In this document: positions 1-13,775 of the stretch, piece after piece | Position numbering within the stretch: position 1 is the first letter of the stretch | Layout: each line of letters begins with the position of its first letter | Assembly (NCBI RefSeq): GCF_009914755.1 | Contig: NC_060948.1 | Length of the DNA: 64,000 bases | Direction: 5' to 3' (one strand) | Source of the DNA: the human T2T-CHM13v2.0 reference genome, Homo sapiens | The notes under the pieces: generated by a model | Told to the model about the DNA's origin: nothing | What the model saw: the letters and a program-made list of their open reading frames with translations, nothing else | Database searches by the model: none | Program-made: the position numbers and the translations under genes

Positions 1-844
1 AGCCATTAAGGCACTCTCATACATTTCTGATATTTAGTGTAGCTAAAGAAATAATATTAAGACCATGCTATGCTACTTACCAAGAACCAAAGTCAAAGTA
101 CTCTGCCCAGTCGACATTATAGATGCATGTACAGGGAATAGTTTTGTCCCAGTGCTTTTCTTTAAACTTCAGATAATTTTCTCACATGGATATGCAGATT
201 AACAGGCAGTGGAAGGCCCGCGTGAACTCTTTTGCCTCTCTGGGGTTTCCTTTTTGTGTAAGTCCTCTTTTATTTTCTGGCATTTTGCTCTACAAATTCT
301 AGCTTTATTGGTATGGTTGAACTCTGATTTTAGTCTTCTCAAACTAACAACACCCCCTAAGTTATGGACTGGCGATAAGCAGGGTTCATTCTTACACTGT
401 CTTTATTCATCTTTTCTGAGAAATTTTTGTTTGGTGCTGCCTGTAATTGAACGTAGAAAAATCTTTTGTTCATATTTCTGTCTAGTTTTATACTTATTTA
501 ACCTGGGAGGGTAAATATGGTCTCCATTGCCCCATGGTGGTTAGTGGCATAATGGGCCATGGAAGGCTTTCAGAAGTCGTTTTTGAAGACACAACACAAA
601 TTCTGTTTGCATAATGAACTTAGATAAAATATAGGCAAGAAAATAATGTTAGCAGAAAGAAGGCCCTACAGAAATCTTTTTAGCAAGTTGTGCAAATATA
701 ATTCAAATTTAGTTGAAACATTTGTATAAGCTTGTCTATATAAGACTTTCTGTGTCAAAGGAATACATACAGATAAAAATTTCAGAAAAAACATAGAAAC
801 TGGCTTATTATATTTTCAAAAATAATCCACATTTATTTTATTGT

Positions 845-1119
845 ATTTTACTTTTTTGAAACAGAGTCCAGTTCTCTGGCCCACGCTGGAGTGCAATGGT
901 GCGATCTTGGCTCTCTGCAAGCTCTGCCTCCTGGAGGCGATTCTCCTGCCTCCTGGGTACCTGGGACTACATGCGTATGCCACCAGACGTGGCAATTTTT
1001 TTTTGTATTTTTAGTAAAGATCAGCTTATGTCATGTTGGCCACACTGGTCTCATTTGAGGTACACCTGCCTCAGCCTCCTAAAGTGCTGGGATTAGAGGC
1101 ATGAGCCACCTTGCCTGGC
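845..1119 (-). mobile_element. Alu (S-type, internally deleted)
   Basis: T-rich tail, then gaaacagagtc...gctggagtgcaatggtgcgatcttggctc...gagccaccttgcctggc; flanked by aatccacattt on both sides (TSD remnant). Confidence 0.92.
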
Positions 1120-2515
1120 AAAAAAAAAAAAAAGAAAAAAATCCACATTTTAAAATAAAATAGAATACAACTTATTGTGGACATTACCATTTTTATATCA
1201 GTCACTTGAAAAATGGCACTTCTCTCAAATGAGTAATGTATATAGGAATCAATTTTGTAAAATCAGAAAATGTGCTTTATTTCTGGGGATTCTAGGCATA
1301 TTAGATACTTTTGCCAGTTACATTTAGTATGTAGGACAAACCTATAGTCTGATAAAATTGTATTGACTTGGTAGAGTAAGACAGACCATGCCTGAGGGAC
1401 AACTAAAGTAATAAAACTAGGCACTGTAGGATTTATGGGAAATGTGGTGAGTAGATATTTAGACAGAGCAGAGTTTCAATAGGTTCAAGGTGCAGTACGC
1501 CTGTGTATGAAATGCGAAAACATCATGTTTAGACTGTGAGAGAACTCAGTGTCTTTATTCCTTGTAGATCACAAGTTGACATTTGTGTGGAATTTTGAGT
1601 GCAAATTCTTGTTATTTGAAGCTATGTACCTAGAATGGAAATCTTTTTTTCTTCTGTAGAAAGTGACATACATCAGCCAGGCAAGAGTACTAAGTTTTAT
1701 TTTTACTGACAATATTTCAAACTGCAAATACTCTGTTTATAATTTCAGAACATAAAGTTTCTCAGTGAGTAAGAAAGCAGAAGTCATTCAGATATGATAA
1801 TTTTTATGACCCTTTATAGCTGTACCCAGACTTTGGCAGAAATATTGATTTCCCTTAAGTCGGGAGGTGGCTTTTCAGTTCTCCTCTCAGCATGATGGAT
1901 TGAGATGGTGGATTTTATCCTTCTCAGCTTTGTTTTATTTTCTAACCTGTTAGAATTTACTTATCTCAGCATTATTGTGATTTCCAGTAACAAAGCTGAA
2001 CTTGCTTGTTTATACTATATACAATTTAAAGTAAAGAAAACTACCACATTAGCTTCTACATTTCAAAATAAAACTCAGTAAAACTTGGTTATATTTATTA
2101 CCATGAGTGTCTGTATGCTTTTACTACATTTGTATGCAATTTAATATAAGTAGTTTAAATTTAACATTAGTATTAGTGGCATCAACTATGGGTGCTCTTT
2201 TTAGTATTGGCTCTTTTTTGTGCACACTTAGGTGATTTCTTACATTTTGCTATTAAATATTGTTTCAGATAACTTTCTTCTGCATTCCTACTTTCCTAAT
2301 GTACAAGGAAATTTGTAAGTAGGGATTTTATATTGATAGTAATACAGTAACACACATGTACATTTGTACGTGTTTAATATAAACAGACCAGTTAGAGAAT
2401 ATAAAGTGCAAAATAAAACAAGTAAATATTGCCCAGTTCTCAAATGATGAAGAAATCAGTCTTCATGGCAAAATCTTCAGCATGAAGTCATTTGGCACTC
2501 TACAAAATAAACAAA

Positions 2516-2810
2516 GGTCGGGAGATGTGGCGCAAGCTTGTAACCCAGCACTTTTGGAGGCTGAGAAAATCAGATCACAGGAGTTCAAGACCAGCATGGA
2601 AACCAACACCAGAAACCTTGTCTCTACCAAAAATATGAAAATTAGCCAGACATGGTGGTGCATGCCTCTGCAGTATCTTACAGTTATTTGGGAGGCTGAG
2701 GCATGAGAATGGTTTGAACCTGGGAGGCTGAGTCTGCTGTGAGTTGAGATTGCACCATGAACCCTAGCCTGGGTGACAGAGCAAGACTTCAACTCAAAAA
2801 TAAACATGAA
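2516..2810 (+). mobile_element. Alu (diverged, S/J-type)
   Basis: ggtcgggagatgtggcgcaagcttgtaacccagcactt...gcctgggtgacagagcaagac plus A-rich tail. Confidence 0.9.
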
Positions 2811-2883
2811 AATAAACAAATATGTAAATAATAGACAGGGTATCCTTCACTTCAGGCAGTTATCGTTTCTCTCTCTCTCTCTC

Positions 2884-3045
2884 TTTTTTTTTTTTTTGAG
2901 ACAATATCTCACTCTGTTGTCCACACTGGATTGCACTGGCATCATCATAGCTCACAGCAGGCTTGACTTCCTGGGTTCAAATATTAGAGCCTCCCATTTC
3001 AGCCTCCTGAGTAGCTGGAATTACAGGCACACACAAACATGTGCA
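2884..3045 (-). mobile_element. Partial AluJ/FLAM
   Basis: Poly-T then gagacaatatctcactctgttgtcc...cagcctcctgagtagctggaattacaggcac; one arm only. Confidence 0.85.
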
Positions 3046-3624
3046 GCGTGTTTGTGTGAGTGTGTTCTTTTGTTTCTGGACTATATTTTCTTTTGAATCA
3101 CACCTTTTTATAACCCAATCTTTCTATTCATTATTTTAGTTAATCTCTGGTTCAACTGCTATGTGCTTTAATATTAACTTTTTTTCATGAGGTAGCATGG
3201 GTTACACATTTGAATCTCTAGTATATGTAAAGTTTTCTTTCCACTAATTTTCCATGGGTTTGAAAATTTAGGTGTATGAAATTTTGGGTCATGCCATATT
3301 TTTTACCAGTAATTCTTTAGACATTGCCAAATAATCTGGAGATTTGTTTATAAAACAGACATGTGAGGCCAATTTGACCAGTGACTTGCATTCAGGAAAA
3401 CTCTTAATTTATTTTTATGTTATAAGATTTTTTAACACATGAAATTAAAAAATTTGGCCAGGATAAGCTCAATGCCTCTCCCAGTTTGTATAAGTAAGGC
3501 TAACACAAGACCATTGTATACTGTGTTGTTTCTTTATGGCATTAATTTATCTTTCTGAATTATCACTACCTGTTGACCTGCCTCCTTGCCTCATAGGCTC
3601 CACTTGACTCTTTAGCCACATTAA

Positions 3625-3929
<305 letters not shown>

Positions 3930-5868
3930 TCAATATTGGCTTTTTAAATGCTGTATCTTTAGCATGTTGCACAGTGCTTGATACAGCATAACTCTCAATA
4001 AATCCTGTTTCATAAAATTCCACAATTTGACACCATTTCTGTAAGTGAAGTCTAATTAAATCCATGGGATAGACATGTTAAGGAATGAGAATTAAGGGTC
4101 TACATATTTTTAAATAGAAAATTGAGAGAAGATTAAAATATTGGTGCAAAAATTGAAGACATTATTTGATAATGTTATTTAATATTTGATAACACATTAT
4201 CAATATTATGAATGAACTCAAGTTGCCTTATCTTTAGTGCATCTGTTGACTCTTGCATGGATGTTTACTTCATTACGGTAACTTTCAGTGATTTCTGATG
4301 CTCTGATTATTTCTAGTAGGCATTGTCTTTCCTGGGAGCACCGTGCATTTTGGATGCTAGTACACACATGCATTTCCATTTTACCTCTGAGAGGATGCAA
4401 AATTTACTCTCAATACAGTAGATGCCCATCTGTAAAGTAAAAATTCGAATTGAGTTGCATGTGGGTAGGCTTCTGTTCCAATTGCTGACAGGCCACTCTG
4501 TCCCCCACCACCCCTGAGTGATATGCAGAAGGAACGCTGCCAACCATTCTCCAGGAGAAAAATCAGATCATGTCTCATAGTTTCTGAGTTTATGTGGTGG
4601 TTTTATGCCTTTCAAGATATGAGAACCTCATCTTGCACCTTAGCTGGGAATCAAAACTCATGATCTCACCCTGCAAAGGGTAAATCTGTGTTGGAAAACA
4701 GCCCACCTTGGCTTCAGCTCTAGCTTACAGCACGAGCTTTATGATCCTGTTTCATATCCCGCATGTGATTTTTTTGGTTCTACTGTGAATATTTAATAGT
4801 TCTCATTTACATAGCATTCCTATGTTTTTGGAGAAGTTAACTCTGCTGTATCAACTGGACATCTTTATATTTCCAGTGTCTTCCCAAATCTGTGGGCCGT
4901 GGTGGCACCTCCTGAATTAACCATTTAATAAATGAATAAAGCAGGTGTGAATACGCTATGAGAGTCACAGTGTGGATGTTCATTGAGAGGGTGGACAGTA
5001 GACCCCAAAATGTTTCAGGAAAAATAACAAGAAATAGTGGGAAAGGGGAGAGTATAAAACAGCAGACCCAACACTGAGGAATAATTTTTGTGACTTGCAA
5101 AAGCTGCCTGAGACCTGATTTCTGTAGGAAAGTATTTTTAAAATCATAATAGTGACCCTAGTTTTGCCATGTGGATGTTTTACTTATTGCGTTTTATTAA
5201 GGTTCTGTAGCTCTTCACTAAATACATGCTATAAAACTTCTGCCCAAACAAAGGAACATGTCATCAGAAATAAATAGTTTGGAATAGTGGAAATACCATC
5301 TAATGCAAATTTTTGGTAGCAAATTCCTTTCTGTAACATCCCTGGCTTGAAAAATTTGGATCATACTACAGGTGATTATTTTTTTTTCACAATCATGTTA
5401 GTTTTCTCCCAAATAGAAACTTTGTGTTGACTGCTTTCCAGACGTACCCACTCTGGCTAATTCTTATGAAAAGGTCTTTCATTGTTCAAAGAAAGAAAAA
5501 TTCAACAAATTTCTCTGTGTATTTATTTTTCATTTGATAAAAAAATAGTTTAACTAACTAGGACATACATTCCATTCTCTCAGCCACTGTGGTAACAGAC
5601 CTTTTTTTTTTTTTCCATCAACATTTGCTTAAGAGAGTATGAATGGCAGGATAGTACTTGCTAGGAAAGTAGATTATAAAGATAAATGTAAGAAGCCTTA
5701 CATTATTTCCCCAACCAGTTCCAGATGTGCCTTTATGCCTATTATATCTCATAAACACCAGGACAGGTACACCAGCTGCTCTCTACTCTCAGAGGGCATG
5801 ATATTTCTTCTCATTCTGGCACCAGCCACCACTTCCTAAGGAAAGAAACTCTCACAAGTCTGAAGTAA

Positions 5869-5968
5869 GCAGGTGGAGATTTCACCAGTGCTACAGAAAA
5901 AAGAGTAGGTCCTGATAGGCAGGTGGAGCTTTCACCAGTGCTATAGATAAAAGACTGGGACCTGATAG
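5869..5968 (+). repeat. Tandem duplication, 2 x 50 bp
   Basis: gcaggtggagatttcaccagtgctacagaaaaaagagtaggtcctgatag followed by gcaggtggagctttcaccagtgctatagataaaagactgggacctgatag. Confidence 0.9.
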
Positions 5969-5994
5969 CTCTCTGCTGACAGTGTGCTTCCATT

Positions 5995-6025
<31 letters not shown>

Positions 6026-8139
6026 ACAATATAAAAGACACGAAATTCAGACATTAAAAACAATTCTTTGGATATTAAAAATTGTAGTCTTCTGATATTT
6101 TATAACGGTTATATCTACTTCTCTTGGCAATGTTTCACTCAGTGGGAGTGAAAACAAAGGGACTTAACTCCCTAGACAGACTGAATAATACATGGCTTAC
6201 TCGCTTCTATTAGTATGAACACTTTCTTTTTTGTTATTAAATTTTTGTACAATGCAATAACACAAAAGAAAATTGTGCTGCAGTGTATAAAATGTATGAT
6301 GTGTTAGCTTATGTTAAAATCAGAAACACTGTTCAAGTGCTGTAAAAATATGAGATGTATATTATTCTTTATATTATGGGTTTTATTTTATCAAATGGTA
6401 AGATTAGACATTTTCTTTCTCTTAATAAAAACATAAGACTACACTTTCAAGAAAGCCTGAGAAGTACTGTCCTGAGCATCTTGATTTCTTGAATATTGGC
6501 CACAAATTACTATGTTACTGTTTGATACTAGAAAAAAAACATCCCAACACAACTCCCAGTAAGATATGGAAGTACATCATTCCAAGCTTGACAAACTACA
6601 ATATGATGATTGCCTAAAGGGGATTCCAAATCTTACAGCAATTTTTTCTCCCTTCACACATATTAACTTGAACACTATGTTCAATTCCCATCATGAACTC
6701 ACACATGAACACACCACACCCCACCACGTTCTGCAGTGGAAACACTGCTGGCCCTGTCCTGGTGAAGGACAGAAAAATCAAAATCCATTGAGTCTCCATC
6801 AATAAGCTCATAGGTTGGTACCTCTAGACTCCTCTGAAACAGGCAGAAGTAACTTCAGAAAAGTTTCCAGAAAAAAATCTATATTCATAATTTTGCCCTG
6901 ATACTTAGGAGAGTTGATGCTGGTATTTTTTTTAACCTTTGTTCCATCGTTTGTAAAATGGCTAAAATAACCTGGGCCATTCCTTACCCCATGATTTTTA
7001 TCATAATCAGGTGAGATAACATATGTAGAAATCTGGAAATTGTTTATAAAATTTAATATTCCTATTTTTTGAAAGGTTTATATTTGGTATATGTAGCAAA
7101 TGTGCATGCCTTTCTATGTACCAGTCAGTGTTCTAAGTGGCCTAAGTTTTTAACTCATTTCATCATCCCAATCTCTGTATGAAGTATAAATGACTTTCAG
7201 CCCCATTTGATATATCAGTAAGCTGAGACACTGAGAGACAAAGTAATTCATTTATTCTATTAATACCTATACTATACCAATATTTTAAGGATGTCACTGA
7301 CTGAACTCATGCCATGCATATGCTATCCCATGCCTAGGCTATAAGACCAGGAGACTAGTATATAAATTGGTTTAACTATACAATGTAAAAGCAAGATTCC
7401 ACATAGAAGCCCTCAAAATACAGTGTGAGCCAATCCTAGGAAAAAGAAGAGAGAAATCAAAATATCTAAATTGTCTAAATGGAAACAATGGACTTTGGCC
7501 ATGGAGGAACAAAGGATAATGATAGTGACCTACTCCTGAACAGCCCTTAACTGTGTAAGATTGGGCCCTTTGATTGTCCTTTGTTAGCATCATTATCATA
7601 TTACTTGTAAGCAATAGCAGAAATTAAAAATGTGACAAAGAAGTATTTGAGATATGATACATCCTATTGGTGAGAGTAAAAGGATGAAATGAAGATGTTA
7701 TTAAATTAAAATGAGCAAGGGAAAGATGGGAATACAAATAAGTAAGTATCACCAAATTGTTCAGATAATGCAGAAAGAGCTCAGAGAATGCATCAGAGTA
7801 ATTCTACCCATAGTGTACTATTTGACTAGAACACCACATCCTTCATGTACTCTTTGACTAGAACACCATGTCCTTAAGAACTAACCTTAAGTAGGCATGG
7901 CACCAACGATACCTTTGTGGGGAAAGCAGAAATTCAGATGCATTTACAGAGTGTGTTATGGCGTATATGCGACTTCCCTTCAGCTACTCGATCTCTGTCT
8001 GTTTTGTTATGACTACTTTTTTAGAGATTTTGGTATTGCTTCCCAGTTACCAATTACCTAATCACATAACATTAGTTTCTAGCATGCACTTTAGCTCCCA
8101 GAAGCAGAGATGACTTTGGTAAGGGGGCATAGCTAATTT

Positions 8140-8520
8140 ATTTATGATCTATCACTGAGTAACAAATAATATTGAAACTTAGTGGCTTAAAAAAACACCA
8201 TTAATTACTTCACAGTTTATGTGGTTCTGGAAACTGGGCATAGTTATCAGGGTATGTCTGGCTCAAGGCTTCTCGTGAGATTGCAATCAAGGTGTTAACC
8301 AGGATTTCAGTCATTGTAATACACATGTAGGGAAAGATGTGCTTCCAAGCTTGTTCACCTGGTTGTTGGCAGGGTTTAGTTCTCAATGGGCTGTTGGGCT
8401 AAGGACTTCAGTTCCTAACTGGCTATTAGCTAAAGGCTGCCTCTACGTATTGACACATGAGTGTGCTCATAATGCAGCTCAAACATGACAGGCAGCTTTC
8501 TAGGAAACAGCTTGGACAGG
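8140..8520. mobile_element. MLT1-family MaLR LTR fragment
   Basis: aaacttagtggcttaaaa...cacagtttatgtgg...gtctggctcaagg...gagattgcaatcaaggtgtt is typical of old MLT1 LTRs. Confidence 0.65.
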
Positions 8521-8608
8521 GGTGGGTGAGGTGTTCCACATTTGGGCTTCCACATGTGAGATGTATAAGCAAAGTACTTTAAAATATTAGTAAAATAAAT
8601 CATTAAGG

Positions 8609-8907
8609 GGACCCTGCATGGTGGCTTGTTCCTATAATTCCAGCACTTTGAGAGGTCAAGGCAGGAAGATTGCTTGAGTCCAGGAGTCTGAAAGTAGCCT
8701 GGGCGACATAGCAAGACCCATCTCTACAATAAGCACATAAATAAAAATTTCGCTTGGCATGGTAGTGCATATCTCTTGTTCCAGCCACTTGGGAAGCTGA
8801 GGTGGGAGGACCACTTGAGCCCAGGATTTCAGGACTGCTGGGAGCTATAATCATTCCACTGCACTCCAGCCAGGGCAACAGAGTGAGACCCTATATCAGG
8901 AAACAAA
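8609..8907 (+). mobile_element. AluJ
   Basis: ggaagattgcttgagtccaggag...ggaggaccacttgagcccagga...cactgcactccagcc (J-type ttgagcccagga motif). Confidence 0.9.
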
Positions 8908-10014
8908 ATAGTGAAGAGAAAACAGTAAAAGATGATGGCTGAACTAAAGTGTAAGAGAAGGTCTTTGGAAACTAGGAATTTCAGATACTGGTATTATTTG
9001 GTGGGCCTTTGTGTGAATGTTAAACTCACTGTAATCATTGACAGGAATTGGAATGGACAGGAAAATTGTGAGAATAAATTTTTAAATTTCCTAAATTTAA
9101 AAATAAATTTAGGAAAGTGTATTTGAATATGATACTAGAAAGGGAAGAAGATGAATCTGTGACCTTACTCAGGCCTTCCATTATGTGGAGTGTGAGAGGA
9201 TTAAGTGGCCTGTGCTTGGGTGGGCTGCAAGAGAAGTAGTGACTTCTATGGAGAACCTGTGTTATTTCAGGCACAAAGGTTGAAGGTTATTAATTGAGGT
9301 TGTTGTGTGTAGAGAGGAGTTTCTTTATCATAAAGTATTAACTCTAGAATTGCCCCAACTCCCTTTCAAGCTAGCCTACTTGGTAAGATGTTATAGTAAA
9401 TGTCCTCCCTTCCATGTGTTGCTTGTCCTGTATCTCATATACCTCACTAAAGTACTCCACATATGCTCTTTTATTTCAGGCTTGTTTACTGGGGAACTCA
9501 AGCTAGTACAAAGGGAAAGGGAAATGTAATACTGTTTATTCAAAGGGGTTTATGTGTGCACAAGTATAATATACATGGTGTATACCAGTGAATGTTAGCA
9601 AATAATTATCAAACAAAAAAATTAAGGTATGAAGACCTGTTTCTAGTAATCACCGTAATTATCATAACAATCATCATTGTTGCTCTCATAAATTCACATT
9701 AGGGTAACAAGCCATATGATTTAATCTGGGATGCTCACAGGAGGAGGCCCAGGCCAGATTGCAGGAGAGAAAGAGGATGTTTTTCTTTACCCAATCAACA
9801 CTGATTTCATTAAGAAGACTAAATTTGTTTTTCCCTTTAAATTTACATATTCTGTTGAGAAATCCTTAATATAACTAGCAGTTTTAAAAGATATAGCAAC
9901 ACTTTCTATACAAAAAGTTGGAAATTATATGTTTTTACTAGCAATGAGAAAATGTTGAAAAAGATAACAATAAGTAGATAATTTATAATCAGGGGAAAAT
10001 TATAGTTCTGACAA

Positions 10015-10467
10015 TGTATTAGATTCCTAGAGCTACCATTAAAAAATTACCACATTTTGAATGGCTTTGAAAAACATATTTTTTTTTTCTGCATTCTGGA
10101 AGCTAAAAGTCTGAAGTCAATATGTTGCAGGACCTCTGAGATTCCTAGAGGAGAATTCTTCCTTGCCTTTCCCAGCTTCTGGTTGTTGCCAGTAATCCTT
10201 GGCATTCATCAGCTTGTAGATATACTGCTTCACCATCTACCTCTCTCTTCACATGGCTGTCTTCCCTGGGTGTATGTCTCTGGTCTCTAAATCTCTCTTT
10301 CCTTGTAATGATACAAGATACTGCATTTAGGGCATGCCCTAATCTAGTGTGACATTACCTTAACTTGATTATATTTGAAAAGTTTATATTTCCAAATAAG
10401 GTTAGAGTTGCATATCCCTAGGGTTATCATTTCAACATTTTTTTTTTAGAAAATTCAACCAAATACA
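10015..10467 (-). mobile_element. MLT1 (A-C type) MaLR LTR
   Basis: tgtattagattcctagagctacc...ttctggaagctaaaagtctgaagtcaa...tatttccaaataagg...ttcaaccaaataca. Confidence 0.75.
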
Positions 10468-11872
10468 GGGTTATTATTAAATAATAATTATTGGAATTTT
10501 GACACTAATTCCTGAAAACCAAAGTTTCTACTAAAATAAATAAATGAAGATGAGGTAGCAAGGTAACAAATGTTTTACTCAGGTAAACTTGGAAGCAGTC
10601 ATGAGATGTGACAGTTTACCTAAGTAAATAATTCCAAAGAAATTATCTCCCTAACACCAATTAGTATAGTTCTTAGATTAGGCAAATCCTTCGTCCTGCT
10701 CATGTCATAGCTTTGCTTTGCTGTTCACAATTTTGGAGTTGAAAACACCTTAGGGGCCTCATCCATTAATGCAAACAAATATAAAAGGGCAATGCATCAG
10801 AGTTGTTTTCCTACTTCAAATGACTGGATTCTGAGCTTCCCCATTATCTCAAGGTTCTGAGCGGTGGAGTGTTTAGCAGTCAAACAACATGAAAATGCAT
10901 ACTGTGAAACACTAAGCTTCTTTCTTACCAGAAATACCACTGGGAAGAAAAAAAAAAGGAGTTTCTCTGTATTGGCACTACAAAGGATATGTGAAAGCAA
11001 GGATATTTCGCTCTACTCTCACAGCCTTCACCACTGTAAATATCTACTGTCATGCAGACCAGCTCTCAGTTCTAAAACATAGGACCCTCTAGAAGACTGG
11101 CTATCTACAGAAAACACAAAAGTTGAAAGTCTTTTTACATGGCCTCTTTAAACACACATTACTTTTGTTGTTGTTGTTTGTTTCTTAAGGCCACTACATT
11201 TTATTAATTTTACACCACTCCGTGCAATAATTTTCAAGGAAATATGGAGTACACTTAGTGTAATATTTATTTTATACCCACAAAAAATTCCGAATTGCAG
11301 ACGTTTTACATCTTAAAGCTCTTGACAAATGGATCAAAAATAGTTTTTGGTTTTTATTTCCTCACAGGTGTTTTCCCTCCATTCTTTCAACATTAGTTCA
11401 TTTTGTCAACAAGCATTGTCAGAAACTATGTAATTGTCACATTGAACTTTATGCCATTTTTCAGGTGACTCCCCATCTTCTAATACACAAACCTGAGATT
11501 CATATTTGTTTTAAAACCTGCTACTGGTCCCCTAATACTCACCATTATTGAGTTAGTTATTAATACTTTTGGTTTATGCATGTTTACTTTCCATTACACC
11601 TACTTGTTTTCAAAGGTCCTGTTCAGAACACATTTCTCAAATAATTTCTGAACCTAAAAATGAAAGTCCCTTCAAAATAATTCCTCTGTTTACAACTTTG
11701 ACTTTTCCATATGGCCTTTAGTTTCTTTATCTGTAAAATAAGTGATTAGATCATTACTATTCAAGTCTACTACATCTTTTGCAGCCTTTTAAACTTGACA
11801 CAAGCACTGTATGCTAAGTGCTATTATAAATTAATATTATGAAAACTCAGTAAGAAATTACACTTGAAATAA

Positions 11873-12188
<316 letters not shown>

Positions 12189-13359
12189 TTATTTAATCAT
12201 ATTTGATAATGTTACTCAAATATTTCAAGTAAAAAGATAATGTAAAGATAAATTTAATAAGAATACATAATTTTTAAAAAAAATACATGTGAAGACTTTT
12301 AATTACACCATTTGACCTCATATGTTGCTGGCCTGCAGCTAGGGGGACGTTACTCGATTTGAATTTCATGTTAAAACGAGTCAGTAATTTTTGTTTGCTG
12401 TAATTTATGAGTGAGGGACGATTTTATTTTTAGAGGCAAATGGAAAAATAGCATCTGATTAGACAGAATCCAGGCAAAACAAACAAACAAACAAAAAACA
12501 GGTTGTAATGTGTAAAACAAGAAAATCTACAAAATTTTTTTCTCTTTCTCTTCTATTTCCTTCTATTGCTGTATGAACAAAGGGAATCAGGGGATCTTGG
12601 AGCAGAGGAGCAAACGGGAAAGGCCCAGATATTTAGGTTGATGAGAATATGCATAATGCTAAAATTACAATGTATAAGTAAACATAGAAAATATCCATTA
12701 TTAGCATAATGGTTGCGATAAGTACTTAAAATAAGTATTCATAATGCAGAGACTTTTTCAGCATCTGAACTAAATACAATATATTGTATTTCATGATAAT
12801 CTGAAACCAGAGGGTCAGTCCAAAATAACTCTAGTGTCAGTGTAGGAATTAATAGTAATAAATATGCAATCCATGTTTAAGTATATGAATTAGGTCTGAT
12901 TAAAGCTAATAGAGGAGAAAAAGTGAGGAAAAATATTCAATTCTACTTATTTACTAAAGAGTGATCTTGCTAAATAAGATTTATCTGCTTAACTTCTAAC
13001 ATTGCTTAAGTTCAATTGTTTGTAACTTTGCTTAAGTTCAATTGTTTAATTAAAATATTAATTTTTAAATAAGAAAGATAGGGGTAATTAGTATCTTGTA
13101 TTTTAGACACATCTCTAACCCCTAATTTTTGCTATCCACATAGTGTGATGGTGACCACTGACAATAGTAAACAAATTTATTTATTCAGTCATTAAATAAA
13201 TTGTATTGAATCAACAAAAATGTATTATTTATCTAAATGTTTTCAGAGTTGAATTTTGAAGCATAAATAAACAATACATATTTATTAGCATGCATGGTAT
13301 TCTGCTAGTCATTATGACTGTATCTGCCTATGTGACAGCTTACAATTTACCAGACTCAT

Positions 13360-13775
13360 GGTATTATGGGCTGAATTCCCAAGCCCTCTACCCATTCATA
13401 TTAAAGTCCTAACACCATTACATCATTACTGTATTTTGAAATAAGGACTTTAGAAAGGTAATTATGTTAAACTAAAGTTGTTGATTATGGCCTTATTCCA
13501 ATCTCACTGGTGTCTTATGAGAGGAGGACATTTTGACACACAAGGGTACACCAGGAATGCATTAGCACAGAGATAAGATCATGGAAACACACAAAGGGTG
13601 GGCTGCCATCTGCAAGCCAAGGACAGAGGTCTCAGAAAAAAATCAAAGCTGTTGACATCTTGACTTAGACTTCCAGCCTCCAGAACTTTGAAACAATAAA
13701 TTTCTGTTTTTTGTTTTTTTTTTTTAATAACGTCACCAAGTGTCAGCAAGTGTGTGATATTTTGCTATGGCAATA
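13360..13775 (+). mobile_element. MLT1B-like MaLR LTR
   Basis: ttatgggctgaatt...gccatctgcaagccaagg...gacttccagcctccagaactttga...aataaatttctgtt. Confidence 0.8.

Noticed and set aside
7815-7876. 2 x 32-bp tandem duplication (similar 26-bp duplication at ~13002-13047)
   Set aside because: Ordinary slippage duplications with no further structure
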